This document shows, piece after piece, positions 28,672 to 38,916 of a stretch of 64,000 nt of DNA. This DNA is from an uncultured delta proteobacterium (GTDB lineage: Bacteria; Desulfobacterota; BSN033; UBA1163): NCBI GenBank assembly GCA_963827685.1, contig CAWHBU010000004.1:224001-288000 (forward strand). Reading direction: 5' to 3'. Every line of letters begins with the position of its first letter. Positions within the stretch are counted from its first letter, which is position 1. Below the pieces are notes generated by a model, which searched no databases, was not told the origin of the DNA, and saw nothing but the letters and a program-made list of their open reading frames with translations. Made by a program: the position numbers and the translations under genes.

Positions 28672-29745
28672 GTGATGACGACTGAGAAGACCTCGTATAT
28701 TGGCTTCACCTGCGCCTACACGCCGTTGGCTCTGATCGACGCAGCTGGCTATGTGCCTTACCGGATCCTTCCCATGGGGGATTCGCCTGACCAGGCGGGA
28801 CAGATTCTTCACGACAACCTGTGCCCTCATGTCAAACGGGTTCTGGATCGGGCCATGGACAACGATTTGCCAGAGCTCGCCGGCGTTGTACTACTCAATA
28901 GCTGCGATGCGATGAGGCGCCTGGCCGATGCCTGGCAAAAGGTCAGACCGAATGATCGAGTCATTCTTATTGATCTGCCTATTACATCGGATGACTCCGC
29001 CGTCTCCTATTTCGGGCAGGAGATGTCCCGCTTGGCAGACACCCTGTTCCATTGGAAAGGACGACTTGTCTCTTCCGAGGCTATTGCCAAAAGCATCGAG
29101 AAGTTCAATCAATTGGCATCCCTTTTCAGGTCTCTCCGTCAATGCCTTTACAGTGGAAAGGTAAGCGGCGGGGCGGCTTACCTCCAGAATCTTTATAATG
29201 TGGCTGTGACTCGGCCCTTTCATGAGACCTATCGAATCCTGAAAGGTGTTTTGGAGGAAAGGAAAACCCCTTCCAGCAGTCATGATGGGGTCCCGATTTT
29301 TCTTTTCGGCAACGTATTGCCTGATCCCGAAGCCCTTGACCTATTCGAGTCATGCGGGGTTAGGATAGTAGACGAGGACCTATGTACCGGATCGAGAATA
29401 TTTGCTCCCATAGAAATAAAGATTGGGGAAGGATCGGAGGAAATCTTTACGCAACTGGCCCGCGGCCTTCTTGGACGATCTCGTTGCGCTCGGACACTCC
29501 TTCCTATGCAACCAGGTGTGATTGCAGAGGAGGTCCTGGCGCGGGCCACTGCATGCAAGGCCCAAGGCGTGATTGCCTGCACGGCGAAGTTTTGTGATCC
29601 GTATATCGCCCGGATCCCGGGGGTGCGGGAGGTCCTCCGAAAGGCGGGTCTGCCGATGCTGCAGATCGAGGGAGATTGCACGATGCGGTCTTTTGGTCAA
29701 CAACGAACCCGTATTCAAGCTTTTACGGAAATGTTAAGGGGGTGA
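28672..29745 (+). CDS. 2-hydroxyacyl-CoA dehydratase subunit (HgdA/B, FldB/C family)
   Basis: IGFTCAYTP, NLCPHVK, NSCDAMRR, DLCTG, KFCDP, QQRTRIQAF. Confidence 0.85.
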   Translation: MMTTEKTSYIGFTCAYTPLALIDAAGYVPYRILPMGDSPDQAGQILHDNLCPHVKRVLDRAMDNDLPELAGVVLLNSCDAMRRLADAWQKVRPNDRVILIDLPITSDDSAVSYFGQEMSRLADTLFHWKGRLVSSEAIAKSIEKFNQLASLFRSLRQCLYSGKVSGGAAYLQNLYNVAVTRPFHETYRILKGVLEERKTPSSSHDGVPIFLFGNVLPDPEALDLFESCGVRIVDEDLCTGSRIFAPIEIKIGEGSEEIFTQLARGLLGRSRCARTLLPMQPGVIAEEVLARATACKAQGVIACTAKFCDPYIARIPGVREVLRKAGLPMLQIEGDCTMRSFGQQRTRIQAFTEMLRG

Positions 29746-29748
29746 ACC

Positions 29749-30987
29749 ATGATGAAGCAGTTCTTTGATGATGCGGTGTCGAACACAGAGGCCAGGCTTC
29801 TCGACCATTACACCGGCAGGCTAAGATTCACACTGGAAATGTTCAGACTTTGCCAGAGGCTCTATTCCGGTACCCATCGCGTGGCATTGTGCGGTGTATG
29901 CGCCCCTTTCGATCTCTTAAATGCGATGGGAATCAACTCATGTTTCGTGGAGTTCCTGGGCGGGGTGCTTGCCGCGTCAGGAAGCGCTGGCCCGTTTCTG
30001 GAGGAGGCCGAGCACGTCGGCTTCCTGGCGGACAGTTGTGGCTGGCATCGGGCGGTGATCGGGGCAGCAGCCAAGGGGATGATGCCGGTACCCAATTTAA
30101 TGGTAGCCACCAGCAGCCCTTGCACCGGCGGGGTTGCGGCGGTCGAACACCTGGCTCGAACGTTTGATTGTCCTTTATACGTGTTGGCCATACCTCCTGA
30201 CGATTCTGAAAGAAGCGTTCGTTACTTGGCCGACCAATTGAGAAGTATGGTCGATTTCGTGGCTGCACATACAGGCGAAACACTGGATGAAGGTCGGCTG
30301 CGAGAGGCCATGAATAAGACGAACGAGGCTCGGGAGGCCGCAATCGAAGTGTTCCGTCTTGCCCAAAGGATTCCTTCTCCGGTCAGAGGGACAGATCTCA
30401 AGAACTTCGGGCTGGTGATGCCCCTGTTTTTTGGCACCGAGGCTGCTGTTGAGATTGCTCAGGCATATCGTGATGAATATGCTGCCCGCTTAGAACGAGG
30501 AATCGGTGGTGTGCCGGGCGAGCGTCTTCGGCTGATGTGGTTGCAGGAAGCCATCCAGTTCAAACATCCGCTGATCAAAATGCTGGAAGAGGGTTACCAG
30601 GCGGCCATCGTTGTTGACGAACTGAACGATGTCTATTGGGAACCCATCGATGTAGATGACCCCTATGTCGGGCTTGCGCGGCGGACAATATCATACCCCT
30701 TCAACGGACGGGTGGAGCGCAGACTAAAGCAGATCAAGAAGCTCGTGCAGGCATACAAGATAGACGGGGCGATCAATCCCTGCCATTGGGGGTGCCGCCA
30801 GGGCACGGGCTCCAGAGGCCTTGTGGGTGCAGCCCTGAAGGAACTTGGTGTTCCGGTGATCAACCTGGAGGTTGATTGTGCAGATTCACGAAACTTCGCC
30901 GAAGGACAGCTGAAAACCAGACTGGAGGCGTTTATGGAACTGCTGGGCAGCCGCCCCGGACGGCGATCCATGAATGAACGAGAATGA
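29749..30987 (+). CDS. 2-hydroxyacyl-CoA dehydratase subunit (HgdA/B, FldB/C family)
   Basis: DSCGWHR, SPCTG, CHWGCRQ, EGQLKTRLEAF. Confidence 0.85.
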   Translation: MMKQFFDDAVSNTEARLLDHYTGRLRFTLEMFRLCQRLYSGTHRVALCGVCAPFDLLNAMGINSCFVEFLGGVLAASGSAGPFLEEAEHVGFLADSCGWHRAVIGAAAKGMMPVPNLMVATSSPCTGGVAAVEHLARTFDCPLYVLAIPPDDSERSVRYLADQLRSMVDFVAAHTGETLDEGRLREAMNKTNEAREAAIEVFRLAQRIPSPVRGTDLKNFGLVMPLFFGTEAAVEIAQAYRDEYAARLERGIGGVPGERLRLMWLQEAIQFKHPLIKMLEEGYQAAIVVDELNDVYWEPIDVDDPYVGLARRTISYPFNGRVERRLKQIKKLVQAYKIDGAINPCHWGCRQGTGSRGLVGAALKELGVPVINLEVDCADSRNFAEGQLKTRLEAFMELLGSRPGRRSMNERE

Positions 30988-31778
30988 CCTTGTATTATCT
31001 GGGTGTCGATTTAGGAAGTCTTTCCTGTGATGCTGTGCTCCTGGACCATGACGGGACGATACTGGCTGCGTCAGTGGTCCCGACCGGCGCGCGTAATCGT
31101 GAAGCCATTGCCCGCGCCACGCAAGAGGTGCTGGACATCGCGCGGATTTCCGAGAACGAAATCAAGGCTATCGTATCCACGGGGTACGGTCGAGACCGAG
31201 TGGAAGGGCGATTGGCCGCTGTGACTGAAATTACCTGTCATGCGCGAGGAGCAGAAGCTCTCCTTCCGGGAACGCAGGTACTGATAGATATTGGTGGCCA
31301 GGACAGCAAAGCGATCCGACTGGACGGCGAAGGGAGGGTCCTGGACTTTGCCATGAACGACAAATGCGCGGCCGGAACCGGGCGATTCCTGGAAGCCATG
31401 GCCAGAGCCCTGCAAGTGGACATCGAGGAACTCTGCGAACTCGACCGCGGTGCTTCGGAAAACCTTACGCTGAGCAGCATGTGCACGGTATTTGCCGAAA
31501 GCGAGGTGGTTTCCCTCATCGCTGAAGGGGTCGAGGTCAAAGAGATCGTTGCCGGCCTGAACCGGGCTATCGCTTCCCGTATCGCGGCACTGGTCAAGCG
31601 AGTCGCGCCAGATGTTGCAGGACTCAAGGTTGCTATGTCAGGCGGAGTCGCGCGCAACCATGGCGTCGTCCGGGCGCTAAGCTCCGCACTGAACACCAAG
31701 GTTTCCGTTCCGCAGCAGCCGGATACGGTCGGGGCATTAGGAGCCGCGCTTGTCGCTCGAGAGCGGATGCTGCTCTAA
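30984..31778 (+). CDS. CoA-substrate-specific enzyme activase (HgdC/FldI family)
   Basis: GVDLGS, STGYGR, EITCHA, DIGGQDSK, MNDKCAAGTG, SMCTVFAESE. Confidence 0.93.
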   Translation: MTLYYLGVDLGSLSCDAVLLDHDGTILAASVVPTGARNREAIARATQEVLDIARISENEIKAIVSTGYGRDRVEGRLAAVTEITCHARGAEALLPGTQVLIDIGGQDSKAIRLDGEGRVLDFAMNDKCAAGTGRFLEAMARALQVDIEELCELDRGASENLTLSSMCTVFAESEVVSLIAEGVEVKEIVAGLNRAIASRIAALVKRVAPDVAGLKVAMSGGVARNHGVVRALSSALNTKVSVPQQPDTVGALGAALVARERMLL

Positions 31779-31806
31779 TTATATCTAAAGAATATGGAGG
31801 TGCATT

Positions 31807-32298
31807 ATGGAAATCGGCAAACATTGGAACACGATTCGAATGGTATTCAAGGAATCCCTTGACAGTTTCATGCATTACGCAATAGCAACGGTGAACGAAG
31901 ACGGCTCTCCGCATGTAACGCCTATTGCGTCACTTTTTCTCCGTGAGAATAAAACAGGTTTTTACTTTGATGAGTTCCCGGTCCATATGTCAAGAAATAT
32001 CGAGCGAAATCCACGGGTATGTATCCTTGCAGTAAATAGTAATATATCTTTTTGGCAAAAATCGCTCTTGGCTGGAAAATTTGAGACCCCACCCGGAGTG
32101 AGACTGATGGGCTCTGTGGGAAAAAAGCGAGAAGCGACAGAAGAAGAAATCGCCAAGTGGCAAAATCATGTCAAACTTGCACGTGGAACGAAAGGGCATG
32201 ATCTTATGTGGAAAAATATGCGAACGGTCAGGGATATCTATTTCGACTCTTTTGAACCCGTTTCGTGTGGGGAAATGACGCAAGATCTGTGGAAGTAG
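31807..32298 (+). CDS. pyridoxamine 5'-phosphate oxidase-like FMN-binding protein
   Basis: IATVNEDGSPHVTPI, NIERNPRVCI. Confidence 0.8.
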   Translation: MEIGKHWNTIRMVFKESLDSFMHYAIATVNEDGSPHVTPIASLFLRENKTGFYFDEFPVHMSRNIERNPRVCILAVNSNISFWQKSLLAGKFETPPGVRLMGSVGKKREATEEEIAKWQNHVKLARGTKGHDLMWKNMRTVRDIYFDSFEPVSCGEMTQDLWK

Positions 32299-32395
32299 AT
32301 TCATTTAATACAAGTCTCTATGATGCCTAAAGACGGGGAGTATCCAAGAGACTCCGAATTTCTTGACAAACAAAACAACCTAAAGGAGGCAACAA

Positions 32396-32833
32396 ATGAA
32401 AATATCAGAGGACGTATGGAAGTTATACCAAGAGCGTTTAGGCTATACCGATGACGAGATGAAGAAATTTAGGCAAAATCCGAGAAATGAAGATGTCATT
32501 TCCAAGGCAGCCTCATTAATGAATAAGACGATTGTTGTAGAAGTCGTAGACTCACATGGATGCAATAGTCAGCATAAGGTGGGTGATAAGTTCTACTTTG
32601 ATGGGTCAGGCAATCTGTTAACCAAACTTTGCCCCAAAAGGATCTGTTTCGGGGCGCTGAATTCAATGCCGGCATTAATTTCTATGGCGCATGAACTCTT
32701 CTATGCGGGTGTTGACCCGAACGGGATGCGATTTAAGAGAGTAGGTTGCTCCGATGTGGGTTTGCAATGTGGGGGATGGGGGCGTGTGGTCATGGAGATT
32801 AAGGTGGAAGATCGCAAGAAGACGAATGAGTGA
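32396..32833 (+). CDS. Cys-rich protein, TIGR04076-like, paralog A
   Basis: GCNSQHKVGDKF, CPKRIC, CSD..CGGWG; AGGAGG RBS; near-copy at 35532. Confidence 0.7.
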   Translation: MKISEDVWKLYQERLGYTDDEMKKFRQNPRNEDVISKAASLMNKTIVVEVVDSHGCNSQHKVGDKFYFDGSGNLLTKLCPKRICFGALNSMPALISMAHELFYAGVDPNGMRFKRVGCSDVGLQCGGWGRVVMEIKVEDRKKTNE

Positions 32834-32987
32834 CAAAATATGAGTTCCATGGCCAACGGCAAATATTCAGCGATCAATGATAAATGAATAGCTGAAGACT
32901 CTCCGTTTCCTAAGATGGTCACATTTCGTGAGCTTCTCTGGTCTAAAGACTTAGACTGAACCTAACAGAGGTAGACAGAAAGGAGAA

Positions 32988-33149
32988 ATGGTCATGAAGA
33001 AAGAGGCGGAAATACTAAAACAGTACGCACGGGCTGATTTTTCTAAGAGAATGTATTTGTTCTTACAATTCCCTAACCTGAGGGATACTTTTCAAGAGAT
33101 TGAACGCAACAGATTTTGCTGCTCAAAGGACTTCTGTATATGCGACTGA
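32988..33149 (+). CDS. small hypothetical ORF, possibly frameshifted into 33100-33318
   Basis: AAAGGAG RBS then MVMKKEAEILKQYARADFSKRMYLFLQFP; no family recognised. Confidence 0.35.
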   Translation: MVMKKEAEILKQYARADFSKRMYLFLQFPNLRDTFQEIERNRFCCSKDFCICD

Positions 33150-33260
33150 ACAGCCTAGCATAGAAGAATGTTTCGGGCTCCTATTGTGTCTCAGTCGAAT
33201 CATCGGGACAAAGAGATTGAAAAATTCAAAGTGGATAGGTAGGACAGAAATCTGCTTCAT

Positions 33261-33398
33261 GTTAGGGCACAGGAGGATACTGAGACGGGGACCTTCAGCA
33301 GATCTGCAGCGTATATAATATTGTCTCTGGCCGTCCTTTTCGGTGGGGTGTTGCTTATGGCATTCTTGGTATTTTTTCTGGCTGGTTCATCAGAGCTA
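33261..33398 (+). pseudogene. decayed 5' stub of the methyltransferase cassette at 39586-40341
   Basis: Shares GACCTTC.GCAGATCTG and TCTGGCCGTCCTTTTCGG; begins with GTTAGGG; start codon mutated to ACG. Confidence 0.75.
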
Positions 33399-33452
33399 AG
33401 ATTATTTATTTAAGCGTTAAAAATATTGATAGCATAAGGAGAATGAATAAAG

Positions 33453-33950
33453 ATGAGAAAACTACCAAGATATCGATACTGCTTTGTCTGCGGGAGAAAC
33501 AATCAAGCAGGAACAGATGTTATCTGGATAGATACTGAAGAAGGAGTCATCGGTGAATATTGGGCGAACAAAAAACATATTAGCTATGAAGGGATAATTC
33601 ACGGCGGAATTTTATCAGCACTTCTTGACGAAGGCATAGGGTGGGCTGTTGCATTAAAAGAGAGAAAGTGGTTAGTAACCCGCGGATTAAATGTAATATT
33701 TAACCAACCAGTTCCCGTCGGCAAGAAGGTGACCGTAAAGGGATTTTGGTCGAATGATCAACCCATTGATAAAAAATATCGTACAGGAACCGGTATCGTC
33801 ATTGACGATGAAGGGATTGTCTACGCCTCAGGAGAAGGAAAATATTTTCCTGTATCGGAAGAATTTGAATTAAACCTGACGAAATTGCTGGAGATTCCCG
33901 ATGATGCGACAAAAGAGGTTACCATTGAAGATATCTGGGGTAGCCCTTAA
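33453..33950 (+). CDS. PaaI-family (hotdog) thioesterase
   Basis: CFVCG, GIIHGGILSALLDE. Confidence 0.88.
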   Translation: MRKLPRYRYCFVCGRNNQAGTDVIWIDTEEGVIGEYWANKKHISYEGIIHGGILSALLDEGIGWAVALKERKWLVTRGLNVIFNQPVPVGKKVTVKGFWSNDQPIDKKYRTGTGIVIDDEGIVYASGEGKYFPVSEEFELNLTKLLEIPDDATKEVTIEDIWGSP

Positions 33951-33967
33951 TGATGAGGTCTGATACA

Positions 33968-34150
33968 ATGATAAGCCATGTTCATCATACTTACCTGTTT
34001 GCCTCAAATATCGAGACCAGCCTAAAAGTTTGTCAGGAAATGTTCGGAGAAGAAAAACTGGCGGATTTAAATAGGGGTGGAAGCACAGAATGTGTTTCTC
34101 GCCATTGGCCGGGGGCGGCTTCATTTTTATGACCAACCGCCGCACATGTC
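33968..34150 (+). pseudogene. truncated, frameshifted VOC-family gene related to 44352-44750
   Basis: HVHHTYLFASNIE, then ARNVFLAIGRGRLHFYDQPP in a shifted frame. Confidence 0.75.
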
Positions 34151-34325
34151 AAACGAAAGGGGTTAATCGATCAATATCAATGCGGGATCTTTCAGCGGCT
34201 TGAAGGCTGTTAAGGAGGATGAGGCATAAAATATTTCATCACTCCCCGAGCAGAAAGCTGCACGATGCAACCAGAAGGAAAATGTTCCGGGGATTTTCAG
34301 TTCTATTTTTAAGGAGGTAAAAAAT

Positions 34326-34829
34326 ATGAATCCAAACGAAGTCAAACTTACTCCGGAACAAAGGGAAAGGCTCTTACGGGACATCTGGATTTCGCATGAT
34401 GGGCAATGGGTATTAAAAACTGTCCAGGAGCACGGCTTTGATATAGCCAATAAGCTAAATCATGCAGTGATCAGGTCGCTTGGGAAGTTAGAGATAAAGC
34501 GGCTGATGGCCGTGACAAAATTAGGGGAGATCAAGAATTCGGAACATTTCAAAAGGCTCTTAGATATTGCCTGCGGTCTCTATATGCCTGAAGAGCATCA
34601 ATACGAGATTAAACGATTAGATGATAACTCTGTTTTGGGCCACGTCCTCGAGTGTTATGTCTTTAAGAATGTGAGTAAGGCGGGAGTAAAAAATTATTTC
34701 CGCTGTGCGGCCAAACCTCGATTCACGGGTTGGTTGGAAGGTTCCGCTTTACAAGGCGAGGTCATTGCCGAAAGGGACACAGATAACTGCAATGGAACCT
34801 GTGAGATTATCTTTAAAATCAGATGGTGA
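34326..34829 (+). CDS. DUF6125/V4R-like protein
   Basis: WISHDGQW motif, CYVF..C..C..CEI; AAGGAGG RBS. Confidence 0.7.
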   Translation: MNPNEVKLTPEQRERLLRDIWISHDGQWVLKTVQEHGFDIANKLNHAVIRSLGKLEIKRLMAVTKLGEIKNSEHFKRLLDIACGLYMPEEHQYEIKRLDDNSVLGHVLECYVFKNVSKAGVKNYFRCAAKPRFTGWLEGSALQGEVIAERDTDNCNGTCEIIFKIRW

Positions 34830-35006
34830 ATGGTGAAAATCCTCTTCTGGAAGAGTCCTATTCGTTTAACTTTTCATAAGTAGAGGAGAGTAACAAATGT
34901 TCCCGAATGAGGTGGATTTTGTGAACCTCGATAAAAGGGATCTTTTTATAGAGACGACCAGCGAGCTTGAAATTAGGTCTAAAAGCACATAGGGAGGATC
35001 CTAAAT

Positions 35007-35510
35007 ATGAAGTCGCTCGAAAAAGATGAACTCAAGGAGCTCCTGATCAAGGGCTGGATGACTCACGATGCCATGTGGTTTTACAGTTGCCTGCAGGAAT
35101 GCGGGATCGAGAAGACGAACAGGATAAACATGGCTGCTATCAGGGCCATGTCGGCGATAGAGATCAAACGCATCCAAAAGGCTGTGGGCGCGGGGAAACT
35201 TGATACGTTTGATGAGTTTAAACGGTTTTTTGAAATAACCATGGAGATCGCAATCGGCGAATTTATGAAATATAGGTATAGCCTGCCTACAAACAACAGA
35301 ATGCATGGTGAATGGGAGTCATGCTTTGCTTATGAAGGAGTGAAAGCGCTGGGAGTCATCGACCGCTATGAATGCGGCATCATGCTGCGGATCGATACCT
35401 GGCTCGACACCCTGGGCATCAAATATGAAGTGGAACCCAAAGTGACAGGATGTATGATGCACACCGACGGCAAATGCTTTCGAGATTACAGGTTTTTCTT
35501 TGACAAATAA
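35007..35510 (+). CDS. DUF6125-like protein
   Basis: WMTHDAMWF motif, CFAY..YECG..CMM..CFR. Confidence 0.72.
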   Translation: MKSLEKDELKELLIKGWMTHDAMWFYSCLQECGIEKTNRINMAAIRAMSAIEIKRIQKAVGAGKLDTFDEFKRFFEITMEIAIGEFMKYRYSLPTNNRMHGEWESCFAYEGVKALGVIDRYECGIMLRIDTWLDTLGIKYEVEPKVTGCMMHTDGKCFRDYRFFFDK

Positions 35511-35531
35511 ATCGTCAAAGGAGGAGATAAG

Positions 35532-35969
35532 ATGAAAATTAACGAAGACGCATGGAATTTCTACCAAAAACATTTAGGCTACAGCGATGACGAGATGAAG
35601 AAATTCAGGCAAAATTCAAGAAATGAAGATGTCATTTCCAAGGCCCCTGTATTAATGAATAAGACGATTGTTGTAGAAGTCGTGGACGCGCATGGGTGTA
35701 ATAGTCAGCATAAGGTGGGTGATAAGTTCTACTTTGATGGATCTGGCAATCTTCTGACCAAACTTTGTCCCAAAAGAATCTGTTTTGGGGCACTGAATTC
35801 AATGCCGCCATTGATTTCTATGGCACATGAACTCTTCTATGCTGGTGTTGACCCGAACGAAATGCGATTTAAGAGGGTAGGTTGCTCCGATGCGGGGTTG
35901 CCATGTGGGGGATGGGGACGTGTTGTTATGGAGGTCAGCGTAGAAGATCGCAAGAAGACGACTGAGTGA
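35532..35969 (+). CDS. Cys-rich protein, TIGR04076-like, paralog B
   Basis: Same length as, and closely similar to, 32396-32833. Confidence 0.7.
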   Translation: MKINEDAWNFYQKHLGYSDDEMKKFRQNSRNEDVISKAPVLMNKTIVVEVVDAHGCNSQHKVGDKFYFDGSGNLLTKLCPKRICFGALNSMPPLISMAHELFYAGVDPNEMRFKRVGCSDAGLPCGGWGRVVMEVSVEDRKKTTE

Positions 35970-35970
35970 A

Positions 35971-36097
35971 CCCCGTTAGAAATTCCAGTCGTTGCGACTC
36001 GAAACCGAGCGGGGCATCAAACCCCGCCGGAATTATTCTAAAATCTAATCCTGCTATAGCGGGACTGCAGAGCAGCGGGGCATCATTTCTAACGGGG
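35971..36097. mobile_element. MITE-like insertion
   Basis: Terminal inverted repeat CCCCGTTAGAAAT..ATTTCTAACGGGG flanked by a TGAA direct repeat; absent at the paralogous site 32831. Confidence 0.85.
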
Positions 36098-36211
36098 TGA
36101 AAAATATGAGTTCCATCGCCAATGGCAGATATTCAGCGATCAATGATAATCAAGTATTCTGTCCAGCCATAGGTTGCGCGCACCGCATACGATTGTAAGG
36201 AGGAGTGAGGT

Positions 36212-37335
36212 ATGGCCAAAGCATATGTACTTTTGTTCGATGGTTATGCCGATTGGGAACTTGGACACGTACTCGCTGAACTTCGTCGTCATGGCAAGGT
36301 AGAGGTAGTAAGCGTAGGTTTTACCGACCGAGCTGTTGTCTCGATGGGCGGCCTCCGCGTGATCCCAGACACCATCCTATCACACGTTGATCCACGAGAC
36401 GTCCTCATCTTTATAAAAAATACCTGTTGAATACCGCCCAGCTCTGCTGGGCGGATGAAAACAGGTTCGCGAAGCGATAAGACATGGTATAAGTACTGCA
36501 TGAGCTCGATAAAAAGAACAAGCCATGCGGTCTACGATTTGAAATATCATATGGTATGGGTTCCCAAATATCGGAAGATGATATTGGGAGGTGAGTTGGC
36601 AAAAAGGCTTAAGATGAGTTTTGAGCAAATATCGGAGAGGTACGAGTTTGAGATAGATACGATGGAGGTAAAGGATGATCATGTTCATTTATTTTTGTCT
36701 GCCCCTCCTCGGTATTGTCCGGCAGAGATTGTGCAGATCATAAAGAGTATCTCGGCGAAAATGGTGTTCAAGCAGTTTCCAGAGGTGAAGAAAGAGCTTT
36801 GGGGTGGAGAGTTTTGGAGTGATGGGTATTTTGTTCGGTCTGTTGGAGACAAAGTTACCTCTGAAGTCATACGTCGCTATATAAAGTATCAGCAACAGGA
36901 GCAATTAAGTTTTGAATTTTAATGCCCCGCAGCTCTGCTGCGGGGTTCTTTACTATACCAGGAGGCTACATCTGGGAAGGAGAGTACCCTGCTGCTGCGC
37001 TTGAGCAAATCTTGCACCGTTTAGAAGAACAGAGAATACCCATTGCGGCAATCTGTGCTGCAACCGTTGCAGTGGCTCGTGGCGGGCTCCTGCATGGCCG
37101 AAAACATACGAGCAACTCAAAAGAGTATCTATCAAAAATGTATCGAGACTATTCAGAAGGTGCAAATTATGTAAATACCCTGGCAACTCGAGATAGACAC
37201 GTCATTACTGCCAGCGGTTTGGGCTCAATTGAATTTACCATGGAAATATTCACCGAGCTTGACCTATTAACTCCTGAAATGATGTCGATCTGGTATGAAG
37301 CATTCAAACATGGGAAATATCCTCGAAATGCCTAA
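36212..37335 (+). pseudogene. DJ-1/PfpI-family protein interrupted by IS copy 2 (integron cassette gene)
   Basis: FDGYADWE, SMGGL, PGG, AAICAAT; excising the IS restores VLIF-I-IPGG; stop codon lies in the attC R'' box. Confidence 0.88.
36415..36953 (+). mobile_element. tnpA: IS200/IS605-family element, copy 2 (tnpA 36500-36922)
   Basis: Same ends, hairpins and translations as copy 1; after TTTAT. Confidence 0.95.
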
Positions 37336-37436
37336 CGAGCGCATCAACCGGACGGCGCGGCCACGTATTCTTTTCAAGTCCGTCCTACAAAAGGTGAGTC
37401 TTTAACAGTCAGGTGCCGCCAGTTATGCGCAGTGTT
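37330..37436 (+). other. integron attC site 1
   Basis: R'' GCCTAAC; GCGCAT(C)AACCGG(A)CGGCGC pairs with GTGCCGCCAGTTATGCGC leaving two extrahelical bases; R' GTT interrupted by a MITE. Confidence 0.85.
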
Positions 37437-37594
37437 GAGGCTGTAGAAAAAGTCAATCTCGCGCCAGACCGGTAAGTTGGAAGAAAATGCGACCTCTCAG
37501 GTATGCTCTGTATGCGACGATCTCATGCTGGGGAGGGGTCAAGACCCTCGAAAACCACCCCTTAATCGCAGTGAGGGACTTTTTCTACAGGCTC
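37437..37594. mobile_element. 158-bp MITE inside the attC R' core
   Basis: 18-bp terminal inverted repeat GAGGCTGTAGAAAAAGTC / GACTTTTTCTACAGGCTC (1 mismatch); GTT on both flanks. Confidence 0.85.
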
Positions 37595-37636
37595 GTTTAG
37601 CCGCCTGTTCATTCGTGCAAGTATTGGAGGTTTTTT

Positions 37637-38826
37637 ATGATGCAAGAAGACTTTTCATTCAGGATCGGAAAATACGCATCTAAATGATGAACCCAATTTC
37701 AACTTTCAGTTAAATCGAACGATCATGTGGAGCGGGGGGGATGTGGATGAACTAAGGCGTGTTGGTCCTAAAATCAAAGATTCTTCATCGTGGGAAACTG
37801 AGTTAGTTGGCTTAGCTGAAAAAGCTCTATCTGAAGGCAGGATTGTTCACGCGATTGCTTACTTCAGAATGGCGGAATTCTTTATGTTTGATGGTAACCC
37901 GAGAAAGCTAGAAATCTACCAAAAGGCTAGAACCTTATTCTACAATCACTACGCTGATATCTTTGAAAACGGACTAATCACTCGAAAAAGTGTTCCGTAT
38001 GAAAATGCTCAACTGCCGATATGGATCTCCTTGCCAGAGAAACAGCCTGTCAAGGATGTAATTCTCCTGCACGGGGGAAATGACTCGTACATGGAAGAAT
38101 TCTTGCCCATCATTCTCTATCTTCGCCACAAGGGGTTTGCTGTCTGCCTGTTTGAAGGCCCTGGACAAGGAGAAGTATTGCGCGAACAAGGCATTCCCTT
38201 TACCCATGAATGGGAAAAACCCGTTGGAAAAATCTTGGACGAATTCAACTTGAAAGATGTTACCATCATCGGTATCTCACTAGGGGGTATGCTGGCACCA
38301 AGAGCAGCGGCGTATGAAAAGAGAATCAAACGTGTCGTGGCATGGAGTATCCTTCCCAACTTGCTTGATCTGATCATCTCTACCAGAAAGAAAAGCTTAC
38401 AACAAATCATCCGACTATTGTTTGGACTTAAAGGCTAAATCGCTAATCAACTTTGCCATCAAGCGTCAAATGGAAAAAGACCCTCTCGCTAAATGGGGAA
38501 TTAAACACGGAATGCATAACATGGGAGTCGATTCGGCTTATGAGTATTTGGCGAAAGCGGACCGTTTTCAAATCACCAATATCGCCCATCTCATTGATCA
38601 AGATTTTCTCTTAATGGGGGCATCGCGTGATCATTTCATCCCTGTTGAGTTCTATAAGACGGAAATAGACCATCTCACAAATGTTCAGTCAATGACCTTT
38701 CGGCTATTCACCGAAAAAGAAAACGCTGGGAATCACTGTAATGCGGGAAACACGAAACTAGCGATGGACACTATAATGGAGTGGATAGAATTCGTAAAAT
38801 CACATTCTGTGACGATCAGAAATTGA
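37637..38826 (+). pseudogene. alpha/beta hydrolase (FrsA/esterase-like) with two +1 frameshifts (~37676, ~38432)
   Basis: EGPGQG, GISLGG nucleophile motif, DHF, NHCNAGN; three frames join into one protein; GGAGG RBS. Confidence 0.8.
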
Positions 38827-38855
38827 TACCAACCTATGAGAAACAAGGCATTGGC

Positions 38856-38916
38856 GGCTAACCACGGCTTGCAGCGGATCACCGGAGGCTCCCGCTGAAG
38901 CCGGCCGTTGTTGGGT
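38856..38916 (+). other. integron attC site 2
   Basis: R'' GGCTAAC; CGGCTT(G)CAGCGG / CCGCTGAAGCCG; R' GTT-GTTGGGT. Confidence 0.88.

Noticed and set aside
28672-31778. Class I benzoyl-CoA reductase
   Set aside because: Only one activase subunit is present and no dch/had/oah genes are nearby; the generic 2-hydroxyacyl-CoA dehydratase call is safer
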